64,000 nt of DNA from Eledone cirrhosa (taxonomy: Eukaryota), in NCBI GenBank assembly GCA_964016885.1, contig OZ024742.1:341992001-342056000 (forward strand). The letters are read 5' to 3'. Both the position numbers and the translations under genes were made by a program. Under the pieces are notes generated by a model. It did not search any database and was not told the DNA's origin. It saw only the letters and a list, made by a program, of their open reading frames with translations. This document shows positions 38,530-52,370 of this stretch, one piece after another; the first letter of the stretch is position 1; each line of letters starts with the position of its first letter.

Positions 38530-38724
38530 TGCAACGAGTTAACTGCTTAAAAGTTACAGCTTTATTAAAACCTATTGACTTGCACTCTTTCCTACTGTAT
38601 GATGCTGCTGTGTAATCAATAGATTTTACTTAATGTAATCAATACATTCACTTCGTTTCGGCTGTATTCAACAGATACACACACTAGAGTATCTCTGTTT
38701 CTCTCTCTCTCTCTCTATCTCTAC

Positions 38725-38767
<43 letters not shown>

Positions 38768-38770
38768 TCG

Positions 38771-38802
<32 letters not shown>

Positions 38803-38886
38803 GTCTGCCTGTCTATCTGCCTGTCTGCCTGTCTGCCTGTCTGGATGGATGTATGCATATATGTATGTGTTTGTACGTAAAATATG

Positions 38887-38920
<34 letters not shown>

Positions 38921-39079
38921 TATGAGTGTCTGTGTGTCTGTGTGTCTGTGTCGGTGTATGTGTGTGCTTTGATATGTATGTGTTTATATATACACATTCA
39001 TGCATGCATACATGCACACACTAAACACGCACAATCGGGCACATGTTCTCAGTTACGTATTGTGTGTGTGTGTGTGTTA

Positions 39080-39131
<52 letters not shown>

Positions 39132-39156
39132 GTAGTAACACACACACATCACCCAT

Positions 39157-39234
<78 letters not shown>

Positions 39235-39237
<3 letters not shown>

Positions 39238-40613
39238 GGTGATGATGGTGGTGGTATGGTTGGGTGGTGGTGGTGTGGCTGGGTGGTGGCGGTGGTGTGG
39301 TTGGGTGGTGATGGTGTGTCTGGGTGGTGGTGGTGGTGTGGCTGGGTGGTGGTGGTGTGGCTGGGTGGTGGTGGTGGTGTGGTTGGGTGGTGGTGGTGTG
39401 GCTGGGTGGTGGTGGTGGTGGTGTGGATGGGTGGTGGTGGTGGTGTGGCTGGGTGGTGGTGGTGTGGATGGGTGGTGGTGGTGGTGTGGCTGGGTGGTGG
39501 TGGTGTGGATGGGTGGTGGTGGTGGTGTGGCTGGGTGGTGGTGGTGGTGTGGCTGGGTGGTGGTGGTGTGGATGGGTGGTGGTGGTGGTGTGGATGGGTG
39601 GTGGTGGTGTGGATGGGTGGTGGTGGTGGTGTGGCTGGGTGGTGGTGGTGGTGTGGCTGGGTGGTGGTGATGGTGTGGTTGGGTGGTGGTGGTGTGGCTG
39701 GGTGGTGGTGGTGGTGTGGTTGGGTGGTGGTGGTGTGGATGGGTGGTGGTGGTGTTGTGGCTGGGTGGTGGTGGTGTCGATGGGTGGTGGTGGTGGTGTG
39801 GCTGGGTGGTGGTGGTGGTGTGGCTGGGTGGTGGTGGTGTGGCTGGGTGGTGGTGGTGTGGCTGGGTGGTGGTGATGATGTAGCTGGGTGGTGATGGTGT
39901 GGCTGGGTGGTGGTGGTGTGGCTGGGTGGTGGTGGTGTGGCTGGGTGGTGGTGGTGGGGTGGCTGGGTGGTGGTGGTGTGGATGGGTGGTGGTGGTGGTG
40001 TGGCTGGGTGGTGGTGGTGGTGTGGCTGGGTGGTGGTGGTGTGGCTGGGTGGTGGTGGTGTGGCTGGGTGGTGGTGATGATGTAGCTGGGTGGTGATGGT
40101 GTGGCTGGGTGGTGGTGGTGTGGCTGGGTGGTGGTGGTGTGGCTGGGTGGTGGTGGTGTGGCTGGGTGGTGGTGGTGGTGGTGTGGCTGGGTGGTGGTGG
40201 TGGTGTGGCTGGGTGGTGGTGGTGTGGCTGGGTGGTGGTGGTGTGGCTGGGTGGTGGTGGTGTGGCTGGGTGGTGGTGGTGGTGGTGTGGCTGGGTGGTG
40301 GTGGTGTGGATGGGTGGTGGTGGTGTGGCTGGGTGGTGATGGTGGTGTGGCTGGGTGGTGGTGGTGTGGTTGGGTGGTGGTGGTGGTGTGGCTGGGTGGT
40401 GGTGGTGTAGCTGGGTGGTGATGGTGTGGCTGGGTGGTGGTGGTGTGGCTGGGTGGGTGGTGGTGGTGTGGCTGGGTGGTGGTGGTGTGGCTGGGTGGTG
40501 GTGGTGATGTGGCTGGGTGGTGGTGGTGTGGCTGGGTGGTGGTGGTGGTGTGGCTGGGTGGTGGTGGTGTGGCTGTGTGGTGGTGGTGTAGCTGGGTGGT
40601 GGTGGTGTGGCTG
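39235..40613. repeat. G-rich minisatellite (gtggctgggtggtggtggt)n
   Basis: Direct reading. Confidence 0.95.
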
Positions 40614-40615
40614 GT

Positions 40616-41118
40616 GCGGCCCGCCTTATTCTGAGCCTCATCTTATACGGCCCGCCTTATTCTGAGCCACATCATATACGGCCCGCCTTATACTGAGCCA
40701 CATCATATACGGCCCGCCTTATACTGACCCACATCATATACGGCCCGCCTTATTCTGAGCCACATCCTATGCGGCCCGCCTTATACTGAGCCACATCCTA
40801 TACGGCCCGCCTTATACTGAGCCACATCATATACGGCCCGCCTTATACTGAGCCACATCCTATGCGGCCCGCCTTATACTGAGCCACATCCTATACGGCC
40901 CGCCTTATTCTGAGCCACATCATATACGGCCCGCCTTATACTGAGCCACATCATATACGGCCCGCCTTATACTGAGCCACATCATATACGGCCCGCCTTA
41001 TACTGAGCCACATCCTATGCGGCCCGCCTTATTCTGAGCCACATCCTATGCGGCCCGCCTTATTCTGAGCCACATCCTATGCGGCCGCCTTATACTGAGC
41101 CTCATCCTATATGGCCCA
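40616..41118. repeat. 31-bp minisatellite (cggcccgccttatactgagccacatcatata), about 16 copies
   Basis: Direct reading; no spacers. Confidence 0.95.
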
Positions 41119-41757
41119 CTGCTCGAAAGGATGTTCCCCATGCTTCTTCTAGTTATATGTTTGTTGTTAAGAGTCTTGTCATTCCGTAGTAGCCATCTTT
41201 GCCTGCTGTTTCATTCTCCTGACTGGTTAAATACTAGTAGAGATATTTTTATATTGGTTTATTAGTATTTTGCTGTATTGGTATCTGTGTGGGGGTTAGT
41301 TTGTGTGGGAGGAATATGCATATATATATGTGTGTGTGGTTGTGATATATATATATGCGTGTGTGTGTATGTATATATATGTATATATATATATTTTGGA
41401 AGATTTATCTACATAAATATATATATATATATATATGTGTGTGTGTATAGATAAATCTACCAAAATATACGGTAGTGTCCAATCCGTATGAAGAACTCAA
41501 TGTAATCCAAATATCATGATAAGAGAAGATGCATTCAAATATGTTCGATATACTTTCACATATACAAGCCGTCCTCAGAAATGAGGACGGCTTGTATATG
41601 TGAAGGTATGTATGTATCCTCTGATAATTTGTAATAGTTTTACATAGATCTATATGATATACATACCAACACACATAGACATCCCAGAAACGATTTTAAA
41701 AAGATGATTTTTTTTACTATAAGGAACTTGTTCTTTGTTTTTATTTCATTGTTTTTA

Positions 41758-41830
<73 letters not shown>

Positions 41831-41966
41831 GTAGGTCCCGGGTTGAGTCGGGGATAACCACAGTAAGTAAGTTACTCAATACATGGCAGAGTAAAAAATT
41901 TTTATTTTATAGAAGGAGCTTCAGTAAATTTTTTTTATTTTATAGAAGGAGCTCCTTCTATAAAAT

Positions 41967-42030
<64 letters not shown>

Positions 42031-42036
<6 letters not shown>

Positions 42037-42287
42037 TAAACGGAATAGAAAATGCTGACAAATTGTTCACAGTTGAAAAATGGTTTAATTAGGAATAAAA
42101 GAGTATTAGTGATTGTATGGGTTAGTATTCAGTTGTGGAAAACCACAACTGAATACTAACCCATACAATCGCTAATACTCTTTTATTCCTAATTAAACCA
42201 TTTTTCAACTGTGAACAATTTGTCAGCATTTTCTATTCCGTTTACCAATATATAATAACTTGTGTGTTACACCTCTATTCTTTTAAC
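42031..42287 (+). mobile_element. Fold-back element, about 108-bp arms plus about 37-nt tail
   Basis: Pivot gtgg-aaaa-ccac at 42135-42146; relative at 48869-48988. Confidence 0.9.
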
Positions 42288-42373
42288 TATATATATATAT
42301 AAAGAAAAAGAGATGAAATCGAAAATGCAACTGAAGTCTTATTTTTTTTTTAAATATATATATTTATTTGGTT

Positions 42374-42411
42374 CCTTTACCGGTTTCGCAGTTCTTCTGC
42401 TTTTCAAAAGG
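42374..42411 (-). ncRNA. Minimal type I hammerhead, U3-A8 core (left arm of fold-back)
   Basis: Same 38-mer as 4988-5025. Confidence 0.75.
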
Positions 42412-42480
42412 TGAGTTGAGATGGAGGGTCTGTGGTTTTTCTCATGTGATGAAAAACCACAGACCCTCCATCTCAACTCA

Positions 42481-42518
42481 CCTTTTGAAAAGCAGAAGAA
42501 CTGCGAAACCGGTAAAGG
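42481..42518 (+). ncRNA. Minimal type I hammerhead, U3-A8 core (right arm of fold-back)
   Basis: cctt-TTGAAAA-gcag aagaa ctgc-GAAA-ccgg-TA-aagg. Confidence 0.75.
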
Positions 42519-42728
42519 AACCAAATAAATATATATATTTAAAAAAAAAATAAGACTTCAGTTGCATTTTCGATTTCATCTCTTTTTCTTTATACTTCCA
42601 CTCGTGTAGGACACCTCGGTTATTTTTCATTTTGTAAAAAAAACCTCACTTTCTAATATATATATATATATATACATATAATAACCTTGTATGTATATGT
42701 ATATATATACGTGTGTGTGTGTACATAT

Positions 42729-42766
<38 letters not shown>

Positions 42767-42788
42767 TTATATATATATATATGTGTGC

Positions 42789-42849
<61 letters not shown>

Positions 42850-42919
42850 TATATATATGTATATATATATATATAAATATATATACATATATATATATGT
42901 ATATGTATATGTATATATG

Positions 42920-43015
<96 letters not shown>

Positions 43016-43090
43016 CATATATATATATATATAAATGAAAGGTATAGAAGTATTGTAGCAAAAGCCAACAGTATTCCATAATATATAAGT

Positions 43091-43154
<64 letters not shown>

Positions 43155-43691
43155 ATATATATATATATATACGTACATACATATATATATACATATATAC
43201 GTTAGGAGCTAGCTGTCGAAACGGCCGGAGCTCAGCCGTCGGGGTCCTGACTCTTTTCCTATTACATATACATACATATATATATATACACACACACACA
43301 TCATACATATATATATACATACTTTTTTTTTCGGGGGCCGTTTCAGTTTATTATATTCTTCGTGCTATGCGTGGGTGTATTTAGTACCACGTGATATGTG
43401 ATGTGTTGATGTGTATTTTTCATTTGAACATCTATTTTTATATTAGATTTCTTTTCATGGAATCTCGTTAATACCCTGTTTGTATATCCCGTTGCATGGC
43501 AGTGAAAATATCTTTATTACAAGATATTGAGATGATACTGTAGATGGGTTGAGGTTAAAAGATACCCCAAGACTTAGTTGACATAACGTTTCGACAGTGA
43601 TTCTGAAACGGGAGGCATTTGACATCCAGCGAGAGCAGCAGGGAGGATTGGGGAGAGTATTTCACACTGGAAGAGAATATTGTACATTGTG

Positions 43692-43729
<38 letters not shown>

Positions 43730-43779
43730 AGTATGTATGTATACGTACATACATATATGTATACAGACGTACAGTAGCA

Positions 43780-43829
<50 letters not shown>

Positions 43830-43833
<4 letters not shown>

Positions 43834-44022
43834 AACCAGTAAGACCCCGACAGCTGAGCTGAAGTCCAGAATTAATTCTGGACTGAGTCCAGAATTAGCC
43901 GTCGAAACGGCTTGAGCTCAGCTGTCGGAGTCTTACTGGTTCCTATTACCCACTCTACTACCTCAAGTATTGAGTACTTTGGTGCGTTACGGTCCACATG
44001 GTTCCTTACCACATTTCCTTCG

Positions 44023-44025
<3 letters not shown>
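43830..44025 (+). mobile_element. PLE pLTR remnant (same family as 774-870, 1538-1672, 2136-2272, 23087-23218, 43205-43262, 49013-49056)
   Basis: Shared GAAAcggc..gccgTCggggtc half-hammerhead and ttacccactctact...ccttcgtta tail. Confidence 0.8.
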
Positions 44026-44103
<78 letters not shown>

Positions 44104-44285
44104 TACATACAGGTACACATACATATATGCACGCATCAGTTTAGCGGACGCTTATTATAACGCCGCTTTGTTCGTTTGTAAACAAACTGAACAGCCTGAA
44201 TTTATGCCATACGGTGTTAAGGCAACCACGTCACCAAGCGTCCGCTAAACTGATGCGTGCATATATGTATGTGTACCTGTATGTA

Positions 44286-44363
<78 letters not shown>

Positions 44364-44474
44364 TGCTACTGTACGTCTGTATACATATATGTATGTACGT
44401 ATACATACATACTTACATTTAAGTAAGTGCCATACTAAGAGTGAGAAATGAAATTTCGTTTTCATTTTTTTCAA

Positions 44475-44507
<33 letters not shown>

Positions 44508-44559
44508 TAGCTGAATGACCCGGCGTTGCCCGGGTTACTGTTATTATTATTATTCAGAT

Positions 44560-44760
44560 TAGTCGTCGGCATCCGTCAGTCTTCGCAAGACGATGGAGTA
44601 ACTAAACAGTTGGGCTTAGAACCGGTAACTGCACCACACTTCCCGTGTTGCCTCGGCACCTTGCGATGACGCTGGAGTGTCCTCTCCAGTGGAGCTACGT
44701 GGCCTGGACATGTACGTTCAAGAGGGAAAACTGTTGTCCACGCAGCAGAACTCGGGATAA
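44560..44760 (-). mobile_element. RTE-tailed SINE/LINE 3' end
   Basis: Minus strand ends ccatcgtcttgcgaagactgacggatgcc, resembling RTE-clade 3' termini. Confidence 0.5.
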
Positions 44761-44762
44761 AC

Positions 44763-44865
<103 letters not shown>

Positions 44866-45091
44866 CCATTCTCTAAGCCTATGGATGTACAAAGTAAATA
44901 TATCAAACATTAGCAAACAATGATGTTTATTCCAGTGTATGCAGAGAAAATGGTATCTAGGCTTGCTCTGTAAATCGAGATTTACAGTTATAGATTTTAA
45001 CAGGCTTTTTGTAATTCTATTTATCAACTCTTTAAAATACATTTTACTGATTATTCCCTTTTTACATATACACAGATACATACATTTATAT

Positions 45092-45136
<45 letters not shown>

Positions 45137-45140
<4 letters not shown>

Positions 45141-45406
45141 GGAGCCTCCCAAAAGTCAGCTCGAGAGTAGCACAGAGGAGATTGACGTTAGCTGGACATG
45201 CTCACCGACATCCGAAGTTGACACTGCACTCAGTCTTCCTGTGGGAGCCCCTGCATGGACACACTGGAAGGGGGAGACCGAGGTTAACATATGTTGATGC
45301 CCTAAAGAGAGACACTGGTCTCTTGGAGACGCAGGACATGGCAGCGATAATGAGGGACAGAGACCGCTGGAGAGAAGTCGTCCATGGATCTCGGGAATTT
45401 TACCCG

Positions 45407-45410
<4 letters not shown>
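45137..45410 (+). mobile_element. 5'-truncated copy of the same LINE (3' end only)
   Basis: YGSLPKVSSRVAQRRLTLAGH...GSREFYPP matches 18466-18745; sits between (GT)n and (TA)n. Confidence 0.9.
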
Positions 45411-45469
<59 letters not shown>

Positions 45470-45553
45470 TTTAATATAATAAAGAGAGACAAACACAGAT
45501 ATATACATATATGCGTTCAAATCATAAGGGATCTAATTATGTACTAATTATGT

Positions 45554-45632
45554 ACATCCACTGAAGAGCAATCGGATTAGTAACTCGCTCCACTTTGTTG
45601 CGAAACAGTTTTACCAAAGACTGTTTGGATGT
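45554..45632 (+). ncRNA. Type I hammerhead, canonical core, monomeric stem III
   Basis: acatcca-CTGAAGA-gcaa..ttgc-GAAA-cagt..actg-TT-tggatgt. Confidence 0.85.
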
Positions 45633-46016
45633 TTGATAGTTATCACGATTGGGTTTGTATTGCTCAATTATTCCTTTTAATTGAGTCTGGCAAACCGTAT
45701 TGTTTATAGTTAGTATCTTATTCCCCCTAGCGGTTTAGGTCCCTTATGATTTGAACACATATATGTATATAACTGTGTTTGTCTCTCTTTATTATATCAA
45801 ATAATTGTTTCTACTTTTGGCACAAGGCCAGCAATTATCCCAGTGATTTACTGGTACTTTATTTTATCGACCCCGTAAGGATGAAAGGCAAAGTTAACCT
45901 CGGCGGGATTAACTTTATTATATCAAATAATATTATAAGACTCGGAAAAAATGTTTTTCTTTGAGGTATTTTAATTATAAGGGACTATTGTGAGTTTTCA
46001 CCTCAATATATACTTT

Positions 46017-46064
<48 letters not shown>

Positions 46065-46122
46065 GTAATCTGAGTTTTTCAAATATTAATAATAACATTC
46101 GATTCGTTTGCAATTATCAAAC

Positions 46123-46169
<47 letters not shown>

Positions 46170-46649
46170 AATAACATATTTGATGTGTGGCCATCACTTT
46201 GTGATAGATTTATCTAGGAAGTGGTCATTTGATATCTTCCTACCTCTCTCAAACACACGACATCAGCAGCTATCTACCAATGTATATATATATCTTCGGA
46301 CAATAATAACAGGATCTATCTATCCATTTATCTATCTATTTATCTATCCATCTATCAATCTATCTCTCAGTCTATCTATCTACAAAGTTATCTATTTACC
46401 TACATATCTATCTACATGTCTATCTATAGCTATCTATTTATATATATTTACGAATGTATATATGTTTGGACAAGAACCACACCAACAAAGCACGAACCTC
46501 AATAACAGACTAAAGAGAGTTATAATGGTGTAACTTTTGATGAGTACTATGCTATAGTATAATTTATTATGTTGTGTGCATGTGTATATGGATATGATGT
46601 GTTTAATTGTTGTGCGGAGATGGGTGTCAGAGAGGGATAGGTTCATGCA

Positions 46650-47640
46650 GATCTGATGAAGGGGTATCTTGTGGTGTGGGTTTCCAGTTGGACGATGGGT
46701 GGCTCTTCTGATGCAAATAATGTCTAAAAATTTCAGTCACTGAGACGGAACGAGTATCTCTTTTTTTCCATTTATGTACCTCGTGGACTTTTTAGTACTT
46801 ACCATGTTATATTATGAAAGAAACGTCTTTTTCTTTTAACTACCAGCGCTGTAGTAGTTTTCATGTCAGGGTGCCTGAATGAGGAGAGTTGCAAGTAGAA
46901 CCTTTGTTTAAATTGGTCCTGGACCAAGCGAACATATTTTCATGGGTTTCTTGCTGGTTGGTGCTTATGTATTTGATCTCTGCCCCGTAGACAATGGACA
47001 GTCATCTTTTATCCTACAAGAGCATCCAGCATCTTGGATTCTCATCGAGTTTGATTTTTGCGGTCATCTTATATCTCATAGATAGTGGGTAAGAATACGA
47101 TATCTTCACCAAAGACGATTGAGGATTTGACTGTACCTATGTTGTGGGGTAAAATGTCTATCAACTAGGTATAAGAAATGTCTTACCTACATTAGTCTTT
47201 ACATTAAGTGAGAATGGAGGAGTGAACCAAATTATTTTTGTCAAACACATTCATCACTCTACCTCCAGATCTACCTCTTTCTTGAAACTGAACGCTCCTT
47301 TCTCTCTACAGATTTCCGTTTTATGCATCTTACTGCACTTGGATGGCGGCGAAGTTAGGACGATTACAATTCAATTTTCAAAGTGTCCCAATGATTCTTA
47401 AGTGAACCGAATCTTCACACTTCTAGGTACAGGATTAAAATTTTCTGAAAGGAGGGAAATTTGTGGCCGGAGAACCCTTAGTATAATGGTTGGCTCAATC
47501 GCCCAGCATCCTCGCAGACACCTCTGTCCACTTATCTGATTTTTCCCACCAATATTTCTCATGAAAATCTATTATTCGAGTCAATTACGCTAGGACGACT
47601 GCATTTCGGATTTTAACTTTTTTCAACTGTTTCTTAAAAT
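46650..47640 (-). pseudogene. Degenerate Penelope-like ORF (RT-to-GIY-YIG linker region)
   Basis: Minus strand reads [28 protein letters not shown] near 47240-47155 and IVYGAEI near 46990; many stops; boundaries approximate. Confidence 0.55.
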
Positions 47641-47645
47641 CGCCC

Positions 47646-47686
<41 letters not shown>

Positions 47687-47900
47687 TATATATATATACT
47701 GTCTTATTACACCCCACTCCTCACTGATTAACCTCGATGTCACGTGATTGATTCTTTTGAATTTGCCACCGACCAAGTAGGCAGTGATTTTTTCAATGTC
47801 CTGGAATTTAGTCCTCGCTTGCTTTTTTCCATCCACCGAATTATTTTTGTATAAGTTCCCTGTATCCACGCATTGCCTGGGAACTTAGCTGAGAATAGAC

Positions 47901-47983
47901 CTCCCTGATGACGAAAGGATTTTCTCCATGTTGTTCCATTCGGAAACCATGTTTATTCCCTTTCAGAAACTAATTAGTTGGAG
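47901..47983 (+). ncRNA. Type I hammerhead, same family as 5326-5407
   Basis: ctcc-CTGATGA-c gaaagg..cctttc a-GAAA-ctaattag-TT-ggag. Confidence 0.75.
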
Positions 47984-48037
47984 TGAAATTTTAGTAAGTA
48001 AGTTAATTTTTATAATTTTCTTATTTTACGTCTTTCA

Positions 48038-48094
<57 letters not shown>

Positions 48095-49181
48095 GTATGT
48101 ATATACATGGTGGTGGCTGCCAACTTGTTTTCGAGTACGGCCACTACTTTATATCCATGTAGGAGAACCCCTACCGATGCACTGAACGAGTGTGACTTTT
48201 TAGTCCAGCCAGCGACTTGAAAACTCTGGTACAAACACTACACTTGTGACAATTATTGACACATAGTGCTGGGCCCATGGTACCATGTGACGACAAGTGC
48301 AGAGAGATCTCCAGATATAAAGCAATGCCTGTACCGTGAAGCTTTTATAGTGAGCAAAGGCACTGCACAAAGACAGTCCCACTCTCTTAACCAAGATGAT
48401 ATTTACCAAAAAGAATAACAAGTCAACATCATTGGATACCATCAGGGTTGCAATTATGTAAGTATGTTTGTATATACATACATACATACATACATAACTG
48501 AGGTGGCAACATGTCTCTGGTCACGGTGAATTGGCAGTATCAGTAGAGGGTTGGACGCCATGCTTTCTAGCATAGTTACGTCCCTTTACATTCTGAGTTC
48601 AAATCCCGCCGAGGTTAACTTTGCCTTTCAGCCTTACGGGGGTCGATAAAATAAAGTACCAGTAATGTACTGGGTAATTGCTGGCCTTGTGCCTAAAGTA
48701 GAAACAATTATTTATTGTGTCACTATTACCTTACTTATTGTGTTTACTCTGAGGAGTAATTTATTGATTACTTTCATTGAGTGCTTTGTGACAGCCTTCG
48801 AAAATCAATTCCAAATCTGCTACTCGCAACTGCAACTTCAGTTATACTCATTATTTTATTTATATATATATTAGTAAAAAGGAAAAGAAAATGCTGACAA
48901 ATTTTTCACTGGGAAAAATTTGTCAGCATTTTCTTTTCCTTTTTACTAATATATCACAACTCGTGTGTCACACCTCTATTTTTTTAAAATATATATATAT
49001 ATATATATATATATAGGAAAGTGTTCAAGACCCCGACGGCAGAGCTCAAGGCGTTTAACAATATATGTAACCTCAGCATCTTCTTTTATTAAAATTCTTA
49101 TTTTTATAAAATTCTCCATCGTAACTAAAAACAACGATTGTTGAGAGCTTCCTCCTACTTACACCTGTTTTCCGAACATAC

Positions 49182-49217
<36 letters not shown>

Positions 49218-49568
49218 ACATATATAGATATGTGTTCAATCATAGGGGATCAAAAACCACCAGAGTGACATGTTCCGTTTGATATGCTGTTAAACTCACT
49301 ATACCGCCAATTTGTAATTTTATGTTTTTACATTATTTGCAAATTATTCGCTTTTTTTAATATTTGATATATTTCTATATATATGTCATTCTCCTTTGAA
49401 TTTATATTATAAGCTCAGAAGTCTTTTCCTTGAGCTTCCTTTGCAGGCGATATGGCGCATATTTGTAATTTTCTCAGACACGTCTTTATTCATTGTTGTA
49501 ATATATATATATATACTTACATATATATATTTACATTTATATATTTACACACACACACACACACACAT

Positions 49569-49600
<32 letters not shown>

Positions 49601-51166
49601 CTCATATATATGTACATATATATATATATATATATACGTATATGTATGTACATATACACACACACATATATATAAGGTAAAAAGATGAAATCGAAAATGC
49701 AACTGGAGTCTTATTTTTAAAAAATTATATATATCTATTTGGTTCCTTTGGTAAAGGAACCAAATAAATATATATAATTTTTTTAAAATAAGACTCCAGT
49801 TGCATTTTCGATTTCATCTGTTTTCCTTATACTTTCACTCGTGTAGGACACCTCGGTTATTTTTCATTTTGTAAAAAGAAACCTCACTTTATAATATATA
49901 TATATATAGGGACGGTGAGGCATAACAACAACAGGCTGCTACGATCGTCTCTGGGTCAAAAACGAAAACACTATTTTTTCTTCTCTGTATGTTTGTTTTT
50001 TTTGGTTTTTTCCTTAAAGCCTCTTGGAATATGTTTACCATCCAAGAACATAACACAACCCAGGACATAACACAACCCACGACATTATGATTGTAAGTCC
50101 AACACTCTTAACACGAGGTCGTGCCCCTCCACTCATATTAGATATCTTCGACGAAACATATTCACTTCTCAAGTTGGCATGACTAGAATGGTTTAATGGT
50201 GGATTTAGGCATGAGGCCAATAATTGGAGGGTTGATTAAATTGACCCAGTGCATTACTGGTACTTTATTTTTTCGACCCCGTAAAGATGAAAGATAAAGC
50301 TAACCTCGGTGGGATTTGAATTCAGAGTGTAAAGGGCCGTAACTCTATACTGTAAAGCATGTCCGACGCTCTACCGATAGGAAAAGAGAATGAGCTCTAG
50401 ATAAAGTGTTTACATACAGATATAGTCTCACCCTCTAGATAAGGTTACTGGGGGAAAACAAACTTTAATGAACCGGGTCTATCCCCACAATTTCTCGACC
50501 GAAACTCCCTTTATGTTTGACTGGGTCCACTCCCACTACATTGTCTGGTTGTTGAGAATGTTTAAGAGACAAGCTATTCTGAAGAAAATTAATTAAGTTT
50601 TTTATACTAGTCTTTCTCTCGAAAATGTTTTTTTTTTTTTTTTGAGGTTTACAGCTGGAATGAATTATATAAAATAAAATATCTTCGATTCTACGTTTAA
50701 CGATAAATTGTTAAATATCGTAGAGGCTGACGGCATCTGTGTGATAAACAATAGTTGGGGTTAAGAAAAAAAGCTAGCCAATGCATGACTACAGGGGAGA
50801 TGACTTATAAAAATGTACTCGGTATGCTTATTTAGAGTTATGTCCCTTGAATTTGGATAGAATGCTTTACGGTATTCGTCCCAACCCTGTGTGTTGTGTT
50901 CACATCCCACCATGGTCAACTTTGCCCTTCATCGTTTCGAGGTCGATAAAGAAATACCAGTCCAGTACTGGGGGTCAATTCTTCTTCTATAGAAATAAAT
51001 TGGCTGTGTTCAGACTAGCAGAGGGTTGGGCTTCGCCAGGTTTAAAAGTGCCCTAGACACGCCGTATGACAGTGCCTCTACGACTCCACAAGGAGTTATG
51101 GATCTTTATCCTTATCCCTTGAATATATTGCTGCACTAACGGGGAAATGGACTCATATATAGTGTG

Positions 51167-51203
<37 letters not shown>

Positions 51204-52030
51204 CTCCATGAACAGCGTTTTGGCTTGTGTCAGACACTTGGAGTAACAGTACCGTCCATAGGGGTCGAATCTGCCTAACTCCTTCTCAACGGCTGTTTTT
51301 ATTTATAAAAAAAATATTTTTATAAGGTTTCCCCTTTAAAAAATTGTTTTTCGTTCGTTGTCTTTCCTAAGTTTACTATATAAACACACATAGTATTTGA
51401 CGGCTTGTAAGACGCACCTAAATTTGGGCAGGCGTAAAAAAAAAAAAAAAAAAAAAAAAAAGAATAAAGTTTGTATATCGTATTTATTATTATTTTACAT
51501 CGTAATTCTAGTTTTAATATCTTAGTACATCTTTAATATATGAGGAAGTGTGAAAATTTACTATATTCTCTACATCAAGTCAAACGGAGGGTCTCCCGTA
51601 TTTTGGGGTGAAATATTTAGTATATTTTTAAAACAAAAGAAACTGAAAATAAATTTATTAAAATTGTAGCTTTTTGTTTTTATAAAAGAGTTGCCATTGT
51701 TGATGTAGAAGTAAACTACCTGCATCAGTTGCTAAGCTATGGAGACTGCATCCTTTAAAACCTCTATGCTTCCTGAAATTCGCCAACACTATACCTGATG
51801 CCCCACCTCCATAGACACGCATACCGTTCCTTTTCCTGACATTTGTACATTATTCTCTATACTATACATGCACCTGAACACAATTTCATTATTATTATTA
51901 TTATTATTATCAACTTTGCCTTTCATCCTTACGAGGGGGGGGGGGGTCGATAAAATAAAGTACCAGTAATGCACTGGGATAATTGCTGGCCTTGTGCCAA
52001 AAGTTGAAATAATAATTATCATAATTATTA

Positions 52031-52370
<340 letters not shown>

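Larger units (their letters stand above)
42298..42656 (+). mobile_element. Fold-back hammerhead element, about 144-bp arms plus about 60-nt tail
   Basis: 42298-42441 is the reverse complement of 42451-42594; relatives at 4851-5060 (-) and 49671-49890. Confidence 0.9.

Noticed and set aside
39049-40641. 530-aa His/Pro/Thr-rich ORF
   Set aside because: Reverse strand of the G-rich minisatellite running into (TA)n and (GA)n; unit lengths are not frame-preserving.
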